A DNA stretch of 64,000 nucleotides from Candidatus Aminicenantes bacterium (GCA_014360015.1 JACIYJ010000003.1:140821-204820); one strand, 5' to 3'. Numbered from the stretch's first letter, positions 1-13,167 are shown. A program made the numbers and translations. Notes: a model not told the origin generated them from the sequence alone.

Positions 1-1
1 A

Positions 2-304
2 GAAGACAGCCACCTGGGTGACTTCATCGAGGATAAAGTCATGCCTTCTCCGCCGGATGCTGTCATTCATCAGAGCCTCAAAGAGCATATCGAAGAAGCC
101 CTGAAAACCCTGACTGACCGTGAAGCCAAAGTCTTAAAGATGAGATTTGGACTGGGAGATGGCAACGAACATACCTTAGAAGAAGTTGGCCAGCAGTTCA
201 AAGTGACCCGGGAAAGAATCAGACAGATAGAAGCTAAGGCTCTTCGTAAATTAAAACATCCGACCAGGAGCAAGAAACTTCGGTCTTTCACCAACACCTT
301 TTAG
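2..304 (+). CDS. rpoD: RNA polymerase primary sigma factor RpoD, C-terminal part (5' end lies outside the window)
   Basis: The frame is open from position 2. The translation [12 protein letters not shown]...[38 protein letters not shown] matches the conserved region 3/4 C-terminus of sigma-70, and the stop is at 302-304. Confidence 0.9.
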   Translation, partial: EDSHLGDFIEDKVMPSPPDAVIHQSLKEHIEEALKTLTDREAKVLKMRFGLGDGNEHTLEEVGQQFKVTRERIRQIEAKALRKLKHPTRSKKLRSFTNTF

Positions 305-353
305 CCCAGCGTTAATTGACTAAAGCTCGATTATCTGGTATAAAAACAAAAAA

Positions 354-425
354 GGGCCTATAGCTCAGCGGCAGAGCTACCGGCTCATAACCGGCAGGTC
401 CCAGGTTCGAATCCTGGTAGGCCCA
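354..425 (+). tRNA. tRNA with anticodon CAT (elongator Met or lysidine-modified Ile2)
   Basis: The cloverleaf is readable: acceptor GGGCCTA/TAGGCCC plus discriminator A, D-arm GCTC/GAGC, anticodon stem CCGG/CCGG with loop CTCATAA, T-arm CAGGTTCGAATCCTG. CCA is not encoded. There is no C1:A72 mismatch and no triple G-C anticodon stem, so it is not an initiator. Confidence 0.9.
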
Positions 426-458
426 TTTGAAAACTGGATAAGAGAATAGAGAGAGAAA

Positions 459-1214
459 GTGGATGGAGTTGATGTTGAATTTGAAAAGTTAATCCAGCTC
501 CAGGAGCTGGACAATTCTATTAGGCAGCTCTCTGTCGAGCTTTCTGATATTCCTCGTCTCATTGACCAGGTCGAAAAGAAAATCAAAGCCGATTCAGACC
601 TGGTTCTTAAGGCCAAAGAGAAGCTCAGTCAAAACCAGAAAAAACGTCGGGACTTAGAAGCTGAAGTCAAGGATCTAAAAGCCCTGGTATCTAAATTTAA
701 ACGCCAGCTGAACGAAGTCAAAACCAACAAAGAATACACTTCCCTGCTAAAAGAAATTCAGGACACCCAGGCGAAAATTGATTCGCTGGAAGAAGAAATA
801 ATCAAAGAGCTGTTAGTGGCGGATGAAATCGAAGAAGAAATCCGAACCGCCACCATGAAACAAAAAAATGAGGAAGAACATCTAAAACAGGAAATTGCCG
901 CCTTAAATCAGCGGAAAAAAGAACTGGAAGAACAGAAAAGCCAGTTAGCCAAACAAAAAGAGGAGCTTATCCCGACTATTCCCAAAGCCCAACTTCAGCT
1001 TTATCTCAATATCGCCAAAAAACGTGGGGGTATTGCTCTGTCTAAGGTAGTGGATGAATTCTGTTCTATGTGCCAGCTGAGGATCAGACCTCAGATGTTG
1101 AACGAAATAAGAGACCGCTCAAAAATCCATCTCTGCGAAAGTTGCGGCCGGATTCTTTATTTTGAATCTTCCTCTCAAGAATCAGCTGAAGAAGCTGAAG
1201 ATTCTTCACGGTAA
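459..1214 (+). CDS. Coiled-coil protein with C-terminal C4 zinc ribbon (COG1579/DUF164-like)
   Basis: A GTG start at 459 opens a roughly 200-aa heptad-rich K/E/L stretch. This is followed by CSMC...(17 residues)...CESC. Confidence 0.7.
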   Translation: MDGVDVEFEKLIQLQELDNSIRQLSVELSDIPRLIDQVEKKIKADSDLVLKAKEKLSQNQKKRRDLEAEVKDLKALVSKFKRQLNEVKTNKEYTSLLKEIQDTQAKIDSLEEEIIKELLVADEIEEEIRTATMKQKNEEEHLKQEIAALNQRKKELEEQKSQLAKQKEELIPTIPKAQLQLYLNIAKKRGGIALSKVVDEFCSMCQLRIRPQMLNEIRDRSKIHLCESCGRILYFESSSQESAEEAEDSSR

Positions 1215-2980
1215 AGATTCTCGATCAACTCTCGATAGCGATTTTCCACCGCAGCCCGTCTAACTTTAAGAGTGGGAGTTATCTCGCCTTTTTCTATTTC
1301 AAAATCTCTCTCTAAAAGAGCAATTTTTTTAATCTTTTCATAAGAGGCCAAACCGGTTGTCGCCCGGTCAATCTCACTCTGAATAAAATCAACGATTTCC
1401 TGATTATTTATTAAATCTTTCCTATCGGCAAACTGAATACCTTTACTCCTGGCCAGCTCTTCCAGTTTTTCAAAGTTGGGTACGACCAGAGCGGAGATGA
1501 ATTTTCTTTTATCGCCGATGACCACCACCGTGCTGATGTATGGACTGGTTTTAAGCAGATTTTCTATCGGTTGCGGGGCGACATTTTTGCCACCAGAAGT
1601 CACAATCAGGTCTTTTTTTCTATCAGTAATTACCAGAAAGCCATCTTCATCCAGATAACCAATATCTCCGGTATGGAACCAACCGCCCTCAAAAGCTTCT
1701 CTCGTCTCTGCTTCTTTTTTGTAATAGCCCTTCATAACGTTAGGACCACGAGCCAGAATCTCACCATCAGGGGCAATTTTAATTTCGACTTCAGGGATGG
1801 GCTTGCCCACTGTCCCGAATTTTATGGCTCCTGGCCGGTTAACTGCGAGTACAGGCGAAGTTTCAGTCAACCCATATCCTTCATAGATTACCAGACCGAT
1901 AGAATAGAAAAACTCAGCAATATCTTTGGACAGGGGCGCACCACCTGAAATGAAAAACCTGACCCGACCGCCAGTTTTTTCAATGATTTTGCTGAAGACC
2001 AGTTTGTGAGCCAGGCTTCTTTTCAATTTTAAACCGAATGGAATCTTTTCTCCAGCCAGTTCCTTCTGGCTATACTTCCTTCCCACCCTTTGAGCCCAGA
2101 AAAATATTTTTCGTTTCAGGGGAGAACTGCTCAAAATGCTATCCATAACTCTGGCATAAATTTTTTCGAAGACACGCGGAACGCTGACCATGATATGAGG
2201 CCTTACTTCCAGTAGATTTTGAGCAACGGTTTCGACACTTTCGGCAAAACCGACCGTTGCCCCGGCGTAAATGTAAGCAAACATCACCATCCTCTCCAGG
2301 ACGTGAGAAAGAGGCAGGAACGACAGGACAGTATCGCGATAAGATATATCAAACATGGAAACGCAGGTTCTAACGTTACTGACAAAATTGTGATGTGTCA
2401 GAATAACCCCCTTGGGCACCCCGGTAGTACCTGAAGTATAGATTAAAGAAGCTTCATCTTCCGGATTGACTCTGGAAGTCAGCTCTTCAAATAACCCTGG
2501 CCTTTCGGCCTCCACCTGTCGCCCGATTTCTAACAACTCAGCAAAATTCAAATATCCGGGGACAGGCTCCTGTTCCAGGGTGATAAAATGTCGGACCTTT
2601 TTTAGATTCTCCCTAATAGACTGGATTTTTTCTCTCTGCTCCTTGTTCGAGACCACAACTATTGAAGCATCTGAATCCTCTATTATGTACTCAGCTTGAG
2701 GGGCAGTTAACGAAGTATAGATGGGAACGGTCAATCCGCCCTGGCAGATCACGGCAAAATCAGTCATCACCCATTCGGGCCGGTTTTCCGAGAGAATTAT
2801 TAATTTGTCCCCTTTATTAAATCCCAGTTTATTCAAAGCTAAGGCCAGATGAACAACTTTTTTCTCGAATTCAGCTGTGGAAATAGGGACGTATTGGCCC
2901 TCTTTTTTGTAGAGCATTAAATCATCTTTAATATAGCTTCTGACGGTGTTCAAAAAAAGTTGGGCTAAGGTCTCAACCAT
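1175..2980 (-). CDS. Long-chain fatty-acid--CoA ligase (AMP-forming)
   Basis: The AMP-binding signature YTSGTTGVPKGV and a GYGLTET motif are present. The length is about 600 aa. AGGAGG lies upstream of the ATG at 2980. Confidence 0.85.
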   Translation of the reverse strand: MVETLAQLFLNTVRSYIKDDLMLYKKEGQYVPISTAEFEKKVVHLALALNKLGFNKGDKLIILSENRPEWVMTDFAVICQGGLTVPIYTSLTAPQAEYIIEDSDASIVVVSNKEQREKIQSIRENLKKVRHFITLEQEPVPGYLNFAELLEIGRQVEAERPGLFEELTSRVNPEDEASLIYTSGTTGVPKGVILTHHNFVSNVRTCVSMFDISYRDTVLSFLPLSHVLERMVMFAYIYAGATVGFAESVETVAQNLLEVRPHIMVSVPRVFEKIYARVMDSILSSSPLKRKIFFWAQRVGRKYSQKELAGEKIPFGLKLKRSLAHKLVFSKIIEKTGGRVRFFISGGAPLSKDIAEFFYSIGLVIYEGYGLTETSPVLAVNRPGAIKFGTVGKPIPEVEIKIAPDGEILARGPNVMKGYYKKEAETREAFEGGWFHTGDIGYLDEDGFLVITDRKKDLIVTSGGKNVAPQPIENLLKTSPYISTVVVIGDKRKFISALVVPNFEKLEELARSKGIQFADRKDLINNQEIVDFIQSEIDRATTGLASYEKIKKIALLERDFEIEKGEITPTLKVRRAAVENRYRELIENLYREESSASSADS

Positions 2981-3011
2981 GATACTGCCTCCTTGAGGAC
3001 AACTCAGGCAA

Positions 3012-3040
3012 ATTGTAAGAAAGTCTTGAGCTTAAATCAA
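3012..3040 (-). promoter_or_regulatory. Sigma-70 type promoter for the acyl-CoA ligase gene (TTGATT-N17-TACAAT on the minus strand)
   Basis: The reverse complement of 3035-3040 is TTGATT, followed by a 17-nt spacer and TACAAT (reverse complement of 3012-3017). It sits about 30 nt upstream of the RBS and the ATG at 2980. Confidence 0.5.
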
Positions 3041-3063
3041 TAATTTTTTGGGCACAAAGTGGA

Positions 3064-5634
3064 TCAATCTTCTCTGACCTTGGCTATGGAGCAGATCCGG
3101 TCTCCATCTTCCAGATGGATAAGTCTGACGCCCTGAGTGGCCCGGCTCAGAGGTCTTACTTCGGTTGTCTTGATCCTAATGACTTTGCCGCTAATGGTAA
3201 TGATCAGGAGGTCGTCTTCATTGATCCCGACCATGGCCAAGGCATGACCGATTTTATCGGTAATCTTCATGTTGATAACACCCTGTCCACCCCGATTATG
3301 CACTGGATAATCTTCTACCGGAGTTTTCTTACCATACCCCAGCTCGGAGGCAGTAAAGATATATTTATCCTCCGGCCCAACCACAATCATACTGATGACC
3401 TGGTCTTTGGGTTTTAAAGTAATGGCCTTCACTCCGGCTGCCTGACGCCCCATCGGCCTGACCTGGCTTTCCTTGAACCTGATGGCTTTACCCATCCTGG
3501 TACCGATGATGATATCGTTTTTGCCGTTAGTCAGGGCCGCAGTGAACAGGCTGGACTTTGGCCTCAGGCTCATAGCGATTATTCCACCCTTCCTGACATT
3601 CTTAAATTCACTCAGCTTTGTCTTCTTGATAAGCCCATTGTCGGTCAGAATAACCACATATTGGTCATCGCGGAACTCTTTAACCGCCAGAATGGACTGG
3701 ACTTTTTCATCAGGCTGTAATTCCAATAAGTTGGCGATGGCTTTGCCTCTACCTGAGGGCCCGGCATCAGGGACTTCCAGAGCCTTAAGCCAGTACATCC
3801 GGCCTTTGTTAGTAAAGATCAGCAGGTAAGAATGGGTGGAACCGATGAAAAGATTTTCCACCACATCCTCAGCTTTCATTTCAATGCCTTTACGGCCTTT
3901 GCCGCCCCGGCTCTGATACCTATAAGCGCTGAGAGAGGTCCGTTTGATATAGCCTGATTTAGTATAAACAATGGCCACATCTTCTTCCTTGATCAGGTCT
4001 TCAGCTTTAATTTCAGTGATGACCTCATCGCGAATTTCAGTCCGTCTTTCATCATGATATTCTTCTTTAAGCTGTTTTAGTTCATCTTTAATGATCTGCA
4101 TGACCATCTCAGGGCTCTTCAAAATCAGTTTGAGCTTTTTTATCAGCTCAGTCAGTTCTTTATGTTCCTGAACAATCTTCTGCCTTTCCAAACCGGTCAG
4201 CCTCTGCAGTTGCATTTCCAAGATGGCCTGAGCCTGGATGGCGGACAGTTTGAATTTGGTCATTAATCCATTCTTAGCTTCTTCAACTGTTTTAGAAGCC
4301 CGGATCAGGCTGATGACCGCATCAAGATAATCAAGAGCAATAAGCAATCCTTCTAAGATGTGAGCTCGATGCTCGGCTTTTTTTAGGTCGTGCTTGGTGC
4401 GTCTGATAACCACATCTCGGCGATGGGAAATAAAATAGTTCATCATCTCCAACAGGTTCAGGAGCTTGGGCTGTTTGTCCACTATAGCCAGCATGATAAT
4501 GCCGAAAGAGGTCTGGAGAGCTGTATGTTTATAAAGGTTGTTCAAAATCACTTCCGGTAGTTCACCGCGTTTTATTTCAATAACCACTCTGATACCTTCT
4601 CGATCCGACTCATCTCGAATGTCAGCGATTCCTTCTATTTTTTTATTGTTGACTAACTCGGCTATATTTTCCAGAAGCCGGGCTTTATTGACGCCATAAG
4701 GAATTTCAGTAATAACAATCCGGTCTCTCTCTCCCTTATCTGCTCTCTCTATGATGGTCTTGGCCCGGATGTGGATTACACCCTTGCCTTCCAGGTAAGC
4801 CTGACGGATGTTCTGCCGGTTAAAAACGTAGCCGCCTGTCGGAAAATCAGGACCGGGGATGAACTTCATGATTTCGTCAATGGTGGCTTTGGGATGATCA
4901 ATTAGATAAATCAGCCCATCGCAGACTTCAGCCAGATTATGCGGCGGAATGTTGGTAGCCATACCCACGGCAATACCCGAAGCTCCGTTGACCAGCAGGT
5001 TGGGAAACTTAGCCGGAAGCACTTCAGGCATCAGCAGGCTTTCGTCATAGTTCGGGACAAAATTGACTGTGTCTTTCTCAATATCGGCCAGCAGCTCTTC
5101 TGCCAGACGGGTCATCCGAACTTCGGTGTAACGCATGGCTGCTGGCGGGTCACCATCGATAGAACCAAAATTACCCTGACCGTCAACCAGCGGGTAACGC
5201 AGGCTGAAGTCCTGAGCCATCCTGACCAGAGCGTCGTAAACAGCGGCATCCCCGTGCGGATGATACTTACCTATAACATCACCCACGATTCTGGCTGATT
5301 TTTTGTAAGGCTTGTTGTGAGTGGTGCCAGTCTCCCACATGGCATACAGGACGCGGCGGTGAACAGGTTTTAGACCATCTTTGATATCCGGAATAGCCCG
5401 TCCGATGATGACGCTCAGAGCATAGTCAAGGTATGACCGCTTCATCTCTTCTTCCAGGCTGACCACAGACAGACTCTGAGCTATGGGGATAGGATGTTCC
5501 GCGCTTTTGTCAGGGGTTTTGGTTCCCTGGCTGTTGCTCTGAGGACTGGCTTTTTCTTCTGTTTTTTCTGTTTCTCCTGTTTTTGCCGGCTTGGTTTGTT
5601 TTTTCTTATCTTTCTCTTCTTTTTTCCCTGGCAT
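3064..5634 (-). CDS. gyrA: DNA gyrase subunit A with a roughly 45-aa lysine/glutamate-rich N-terminal extension
   Basis: [32 protein letters not shown] and the active-site Tyr region (RYTEVRM) are present, and the C-terminal beta-pinwheel repeats are long. The N-terminus [28 protein letters not shown] precedes the conserved start. An alternative in-frame GTG near 5466 is noted. Confidence 0.9.
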   Translation of the reverse strand: MPGKKEEKDKKKQTKPAKTGETEKTEEKASPQSNSQGTKTPDKSAEHPIPIAQSLSVVSLEEEMKRSYLDYALSVIIGRAIPDIKDGLKPVHRRVLYAMWETGTTHNKPYKKSARIVGDVIGKYHPHGDAAVYDALVRMAQDFSLRYPLVDGQGNFGSIDGDPPAAMRYTEVRMTRLAEELLADIEKDTVNFVPNYDESLLMPEVLPAKFPNLLVNGASGIAVGMATNIPPHNLAEVCDGLIYLIDHPKATIDEIMKFIPGPDFPTGGYVFNRQNIRQAYLEGKGVIHIRAKTIIERADKGERDRIVITEIPYGVNKARLLENIAELVNNKKIEGIADIRDESDREGIRVVIEIKRGELPEVILNNLYKHTALQTSFGIIMLAIVDKQPKLLNLLEMMNYFISHRRDVVIRRTKHDLKKAEHRAHILEGLLIALDYLDAVISLIRASKTVEEAKNGLMTKFKLSAIQAQAILEMQLQRLTGLERQKIVQEHKELTELIKKLKLILKSPEMVMQIIKDELKQLKEEYHDERRTEIRDEVITEIKAEDLIKEEDVAIVYTKSGYIKRTSLSAYRYQSRGGKGRKGIEMKAEDVVENLFIGSTHSYLLIFTNKGRMYWLKALEVPDAGPSGRGKAIANLLELQPDEKVQSILAVKEFRDDQYVVILTDNGLIKKTKLSEFKNVRKGGIIAMSLRPKSSLFTAALTNGKNDIIIGTRMGKAIRFKESQVRPMGRQAAGVKAITLKPKDQVISMIVVGPEDKYIFTASELGYGKKTPVEDYPVHNRGGQGVINMKITDKIGHALAMVGINEDDLLIITISGKVIRIKTTEVRPLSRATQGVRLIHLEDGDRICSIAKVRED

Positions 5635-5669
5635 CGGTTCAACCTTTCTGAGTAACCGTCCTGACTCCC

Positions 5670-8066
<2,397 letters not shown>

Positions 8067-8353
8067 CTATGAGGAAAAAATAAGGGTTATGATGGAAGGA
8101 AAATCTACATAACCCAAAAGACATTTTTCAGAATAGATTATAGCTTAAGTCACTCTGGAAGTAAAGAAAAAAGGCCCAAAAAATGGCATTTTTCATTAAT
8201 TTATTTTATTTATAATCAAGTATTTATCGGACCTATAATCTATTCCCAGACAAATCTCCCCTATTTTGGGAATTTTGTCTTTTATTTTACCTTCAGAAAA
8301 GAGTTAGAAGAGTTAAATTTATCTTTAAAAAACAGATCAGAGTCAGTTAAAAT

Positions 8354-9370
8354 ATGCATGAAAAGGAGGAAAGGAAAGTGCCGGCCAACCTGCCACCTGA
8401 ATACTTTGAAGTGGAAAAAACTCTGCGTCAGGCCAAAACGCCGGAAGAAAAAATTGCTATCATGGAAAAGCTCCTGTCCATCATACCGCGACATAAGGGG
8501 ACAGAAAAGCTGGTAGCTCTTTATCGTTCGAAAATCGCCAAGTTAAAAGAAGAAATTGAGCACCGACCGGCCGTGGCTAAAAAAGGCCAGTTATTCAGGA
8601 TAGAAAAATCAGGAGCCGGGCAGGTGATAGTCATCGGTCCACCCAACTCCGGGAAATCAGCCTTGATCAGAGCCTTAACCGGAATAGAAGTGGAAGTAGC
8701 CGACTTTCCTTTTACCACCCGAATCGCCGCGCCCTACATGATGCCTTTTGAAAACATCAAGATTCAATTGATCGATACTCCACCCATCACCGCCGATTAT
8801 ATGGAATCCTGGCTGACAGAGATGATTAAGGCTGCCGAGGCAGTGCTGCTGGTGATTGACTCTTCCAGCAATGAAGCTGCTGGGCACCTGGAAATGATCC
8901 TTAACCGGCTCAAAGAAAAAAAGATTGAGCTGGTCTCCGAAAATGTTTCCATCCCCGCGGATAAATTTCCTTTTATGAAAAGAATGCTTCTGGTACTGAA
9001 CAAAAATGATTTACCGAAATCAGAAAGAATCGTTGAAGAAATCAACACTCTTTTCCAGCCGAGATTCGACCAGCTTTTCGTTTCAGCCAGAACCACCGAT
9101 GGTCTGGAAACACTCCGCCAAAGGATATACCAACTCCTTCAGGTTGTCCGCATCTACAGTAAAGTCCCTGGCAAAAAACCCGATTATGAATCTCCTTTCA
9201 TCCTGAAAAAAGGCAGCACCATTATTGACCTGGCCAGACACATCCACAAGGATTTTGCCGAGAAATTAAACTATGCCCGAGTCTGGAATAAGGCTGGAAC
9301 CATTTCCGGCCTGAGAGTCACCCGGGATTATGTATTGAACGATGAAGATACGGTCGAGCTACACATTTAA
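8354..9370 (+). CDS. Obg-superfamily GTPase of DRG-like architecture (G domain plus C-terminal TGS domain)
   Basis: G1 is GPPNSGKS, switch I is FPFTT and G4 is NKND. The C-terminus matches a TGS domain (IYSKVPGKKPDYESPFILKKGSTIIDLARHIH...). The G3 motif reads DTPP rather than DxxG. Confidence 0.7.
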   Translation: MHEKEERKVPANLPPEYFEVEKTLRQAKTPEEKIAIMEKLLSIIPRHKGTEKLVALYRSKIAKLKEEIEHRPAVAKKGQLFRIEKSGAGQVIVIGPPNSGKSALIRALTGIEVEVADFPFTTRIAAPYMMPFENIKIQLIDTPPITADYMESWLTEMIKAAEAVLLVIDSSSNEAAGHLEMILNRLKEKKIELVSENVSIPADKFPFMKRMLLVLNKNDLPKSERIVEEINTLFQPRFDQLFVSARTTDGLETLRQRIYQLLQVVRIYSKVPGKKPDYESPFILKKGSTIIDLARHIHKDFAEKLNYARVWNKAGTISGLRVTRDYVLNDEDTVELHI

Positions 9371-9378
9371 GGCGAACC

Positions 9379-10932
9379 TTATTTCAGGTTTTCTTGAGGA
9401 GCATTGGCCAGGTCAATCACAGCCAGGAAAACCAGTCTGGCCATATCTTCCAGAATTTCCGGATTAATTAGGTCAAGGTTATCACGGGTATTGTGGTAAG
9501 TCGGATACGGCACCTTCAACCCTGAAACTGAAAAAGACAACGAAGGTATGTTTCTGTCCATGAACCTGGCCGCATCGAGCCGTGGTCTGGTCAGATTGGC
9601 CCAGTAATTCGTTCTGAGGTCGCGATGCACGTATGAAGCGTTGGCTTTCTCAAAAGGAGCAAATAACCAGGGGAAGTTTTTCCCCGCCAGGGCAAAGATT
9701 CTGTCTCCAGCCCCCACGCCATCCATGTTGATCAAGCCCACAGTCTTATCGAGTGGGAAGACCGGGTGGTCGAGATAATATTCCGAACCCTTTACTCCCT
9801 GCTCCTCGGCCCCAAAGAAGGCAAAAAGAATCGTTCTCTTAGGCTTAATCTCGCACTTCATCAGAGCCTCAGCCACGCCCAACATCACGGCCACAGCTGA
9901 AGCATTGTCATTGGCTCCAGGCATTAATTCAGGGAAAAGACCCAGATGGTCAAGGTGTCCGCCGATGACGATCACCTGGTCTTTTAGTTTCGGATCCGTT
10001 CCGGTGATTTTAGCCAGCAGGTTATAGCCGATGCCTTCCGGATGATGCTCGGTCTTGTTCTTGATGGTGAAAATCTTTCCGGTAGCAAACGATTGTGGCT
10101 TGAGGGTATTTCTGATTTTTTCCACAGTTTCCTGATAAGTTTTGCCCGTCCCAGCAAAAATGTCGTCCACCACCTCTCTGCCAACATGACTGTAAATAAA
10201 GCCTTCGATGTAATCGTTATTCGGATTGCAGATTGGCCCATAATAATAAAGCATACCCTTAGCTCCATGGGCCGCCGCATTCTGAATTTTGTACTGATGA
10301 AAAGAATAGGGCCGCCATTTTTTGAACAATTCCGGGTCCTTATCAGGGTCAACCGGAACTTCATTCTCCATCAGAACAATTTTTCCCCTAACATCCACCC
10401 CTTTATAATCATCATATCCGAGCTCGGGAGCAGTAATGCCGTAACCAACATAGATCACCTCAGCGGTAATTTCTCCTGAAGCTGAAGTTCCGCCAGGGAA
10501 ATACTCATCTTCGTAGCGATAATATTTTTTAATTTCAGCTGAGCCTTTAGAGCCTGGCTTAGCCATCGGTAGATGCAACGAAACTTCACCTTTATCCAAG
10601 ATGAGGGTATAGGGGTTGGGAAAAGCCTGAAGGAACGTGCCGTTGTCTCCCGCTGGCTCAACTCCCCAGCTTGAAAGCAAAGAAGACACCCAGGCGGCTG
10701 ATTGGTTATAACCGGGGGTTCCGGTCAGACGGCCAGTGTATTTATCCGAAGTCAGCTCTCTGACATAATCAAAAAGTCGGTTACTGGAAATAGAATGAAA
10801 AACCGAAAGCAGCTTTTGAGAATCGATCTCTGATTTAGTTTGAGACAAAAGTAGAACATGACCCAGGTTAAGAAATAGAAATAAAATTACCAGCAGCCAG
10901 CCAACCAGATTTTTTCTTAGAAAAATCTTCAT
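9379..10932 (-). CDS. Secreted M28-family zinc aminopeptidase with PA domain
   Basis: A signal peptide is followed by GGHLDHLG, NDNASAVAVMLGVAEAL and FFGAEEQG, which supply the M28 metal ligands. It is a paralogue of 13168..14643. Confidence 0.8.
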   Translation of the reverse strand: MKIFLRKNLVGWLLVILFLFLNLGHVLLLSQTKSEIDSQKLLSVFHSISSNRLFDYVRELTSDKYTGRLTGTPGYNQSAAWVSSLLSSWGVEPAGDNGTFLQAFPNPYTLILDKGEVSLHLPMAKPGSKGSAEIKKYYRYEDEYFPGGTSASGEITAEVIYVGYGITAPELGYDDYKGVDVRGKIVLMENEVPVDPDKDPELFKKWRPYSFHQYKIQNAAAHGAKGMLYYYGPICNPNNDYIEGFIYSHVGREVVDDIFAGTGKTYQETVEKIRNTLKPQSFATGKIFTIKNKTEHHPEGIGYNLLAKITGTDPKLKDQVIVIGGHLDHLGLFPELMPGANDNASAVAVMLGVAEALMKCEIKPKRTILFAFFGAEEQGVKGSEYYLDHPVFPLDKTVGLINMDGVGAGDRIFALAGKNFPWLFAPFEKANASYVHRDLRTNYWANLTRPRLDAARFMDRNIPSLSFSVSGLKVPYPTYHNTRDNLDLINPEILEDMARLVFLAVIDLANAPQENLK

Positions 10933-11231
10933 TGTGCCTCTCCTTTCCTAATTATCAAAGAATCTATTTTATATCAGGGAAAAAGAATAAAAAATTTTCT
11001 TTGATAAATTGAGACTAAGGATGACTTTATCTACCTAAAAACAAATTCTAAATATGAAAAAATTATCATATATTAGCTCAGCTATTATGTTCTCCCCGGG
11101 CTTAAGCAAAGTATCGTCCCGATTACAATTTTAAGTTTCACTTCCTGTAATGAAAAATTTAACTCCGGCAAAAGACCCCCGGCTCTCCTGATCTATTTCT
11201 CTTTCTCAAAAACGAAATTTGCTGGCTTCCA

Positions 11232-12062
11232 TCAAATCCTTACTGCTAACCCGCCTCGGAAAAGAAAGCCGTTAAAAATGCCAGCATCGAAGGTCAGATT
11301 GAGCATCCTTGATATTCTGGCCCGCAGCCCGAAGTTCAGCTGAATAATGGGCATAAAATTCAGGGGAAAGTTTTTGCCCTCAGCCAGACGCTCATCTTTT
11401 ATCTGACGCAGAGTTTTGGAATCCGAATCCGAATATTGTTCGGTCGAACTGTCAGGCAGGGTCAGCGTGCCATTGTAAGCGTATTCATAACTGGCGTCTA
11501 AAAAGCTTCTGGATGTGGAGATGCCGGCACCAATACTGAAATAGGGAGAAATAACCTTGGATGGCAAAATTTCCCAGCGCATGTTAAGATGAAAAGAGAG
11601 AGGCTTAATCACAAACTGGCCATGAGCCAGCCCCTGAAAGCTGGCTGCCTGCCCGCTATTTACGTCGGTCAGCTGCAGGTTTGCTGATACTTCAGGAAAG
11701 GAAACTTTCATGGTTGTCTGCTCAACAGCCAAGCCGAGGCTAAAAGCACCATTCCTGCCGCCCGGGTAAAATCTGAATTCAAAACCGACGTTGCTTCCAG
11801 GAGCATCGAAGACAACATTCTGACTGTAACCGCTTTCAACAAAAGTCGGATGCTGTTCCTGAATTTTCTGGATAAACCTGTCCTTAAGGTCGCTTTCCAG
11901 AGCATCGCTGACCATATTTTCAACCAAGCCTTTGACTACATTAAGAGTCCAGCGGGAATAGTGAAGGCTGAATTCAAAATGTCCATCAGCCAGAAGTTCC
12001 CCGGAAAGCAAGAAAACGCAGCCAATCATAAAAAACATCACTCTCTTGGCGGATTTATTCAT
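11232..12062 (-). CDS. Hypothetical secreted protein, possibly an outer-membrane beta-barrel protein
   Basis: It has an N-terminal signal peptide and alternating hydrophobic beta-strand-like segments rich in G/S/F/Y. No specific motif was recognised. Confidence 0.45.
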   Translation of the reverse strand: MNKSAKRVMFFMIGCVFLLSGELLADGHFEFSLHYSRWTLNVVKGLVENMVSDALESDLKDRFIQKIQEQHPTFVESGYSQNVVFDAPGSNVGFEFRFYPGGRNGAFSLGLAVEQTTMKVSFPEVSANLQLTDVNSGQAASFQGLAHGQFVIKPLSFHLNMRWEILPSKVISPYFSIGAGISTSRSFLDASYEYAYNGTLTLPDSSTEQYSDSDSKTLRQIKDERLAEGKNFPLNFMPIIQLNFGLRARISRMLNLTFDAGIFNGFLFRGGLAVRI

Positions 12063-12236
12063 CGAGACGCCTCCTTTTGTTTATTTTATCTTTCTTAAGA
12101 GAACCAAAGTCAAGAAATATTTTTCTTGCCGAGGTAATGTAAATTCGATCATTCTGCCTGTAACCAATGTCTTTTTATTTTATTTGATTATTTTTTCCTG
12201 ATTTGATATTTTGATTCTTCATTTGGAGGTAGAAAG

Positions 12237-12809
12237 ATGAATAAAAACCTTTTAATTTTTCTGGCTTTTATTCTGATTTTTTCCACCGGCTCCCTTCTGG
12301 CTGCCAATCCCAAGGTCCTGATGAAAACCAGCAAGGGTGATCTTGTTATCGAACTCTATCCAGACAAAGCTCCTATCACCGTCAAAAATTTTCTGGCCTA
12401 TGTTGATGACAAATTCTATGATGGAACAATTTTCCACCGGGTGATTAAAGGATTTGTTATCCAGGGCGGAGGCCTGACCCCGGAGATGAAAGCCAAATCC
12501 GAGAAAAGGCCGCCGATTAAAAATGAAGCCAACAATGGTCTGAAAAACCTTCGCGGAACTATTGCTATGGCCAGAGCCATGGACATCGATAGTGCTACCT
12601 GTCAGTTCTTCATTAACCTCGTAGATAATCCCCGTCTCGACCACGTAGCCAATGACCCTGAGCGTTTTGGCTATGCTGTTTTCGGCAAAGTTATCCAGGG
12701 TATGGAGGTGGTCGATGCCATTGCCAGCGTTCCGACCACCACCAAAGGGATGTACCGGGATGTTCCAGTTGAACCGGTTATCATTCTTTCGGTAACCAGG
12801 CTTCAATAA
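12237..12809 (+). CDS. ppiA: Periplasmic cyclophilin-type peptidyl-prolyl cis-trans isomerase
   Basis: A signal peptide is followed by the cyclophilin signature [14 protein letters not shown] and ...GTIAMAR...QFFINL. GGAGG lies 7 nt upstream of the ATG. Confidence 0.9.
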   Translation: MNKNLLIFLAFILIFSTGSLLAANPKVLMKTSKGDLVIELYPDKAPITVKNFLAYVDDKFYDGTIFHRVIKGFVIQGGGLTPEMKAKSEKRPPIKNEANNGLKNLRGTIAMARAMDIDSATCQFFINLVDNPRLDHVANDPERFGYAVFGKVIQGMEVVDAIASVPTTTKGMYRDVPVEPVIILSVTRLQ

Positions 12810-12870
12810 TAACATTTTATAAATCGTAACATTATTGTAAGCAATTAGCAGTCTGTTTTTATCCGCTTCG

Positions 12871-13089
12871 ATGTTTGAATGGATTTTTGCTTTTTTCCAC
12901 TTTTTTCTTTTCCTGGGACTGGTGACTTATTCCATCTTTGCCCTGGCCAGGGGCAACTGGTTTACAGGTCTTATCCTGCTGGTCTTCCTGACAGCTTACT
13001 ACTTCATCGTCCTTCATCCGGCAGTACTTAAAGAAATTCGTCGGAAAAAGAAAAAAGGCGGACTGAAAAATAAGAAGAGGCCGAGGTAA
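12871..13089 (+). CDS. Small membrane protein (2 TM helices plus a basic C-terminal tail), hypothetical
   Basis: The 72-aa ORF has two hydrophobic helices and an RRKKKKGGLKNKKRPR tail. It sits in its own intergenic slot between ppiA and the M28 peptidase. Confidence 0.4.
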   Translation: MFEWIFAFFHFFLFLGLVTYSIFALARGNWFTGLILLVFLTAYYFIVLHPAVLKEIRRKKKKGGLKNKKRPR

Positions 13090-13167
13090 TAAAAAGGGCC
13101 ATTTTTTGAATGATTATCACTGCCCTGTGTTATAATTAAAAATTGATTTTATCATTTGAGGTGTCCT

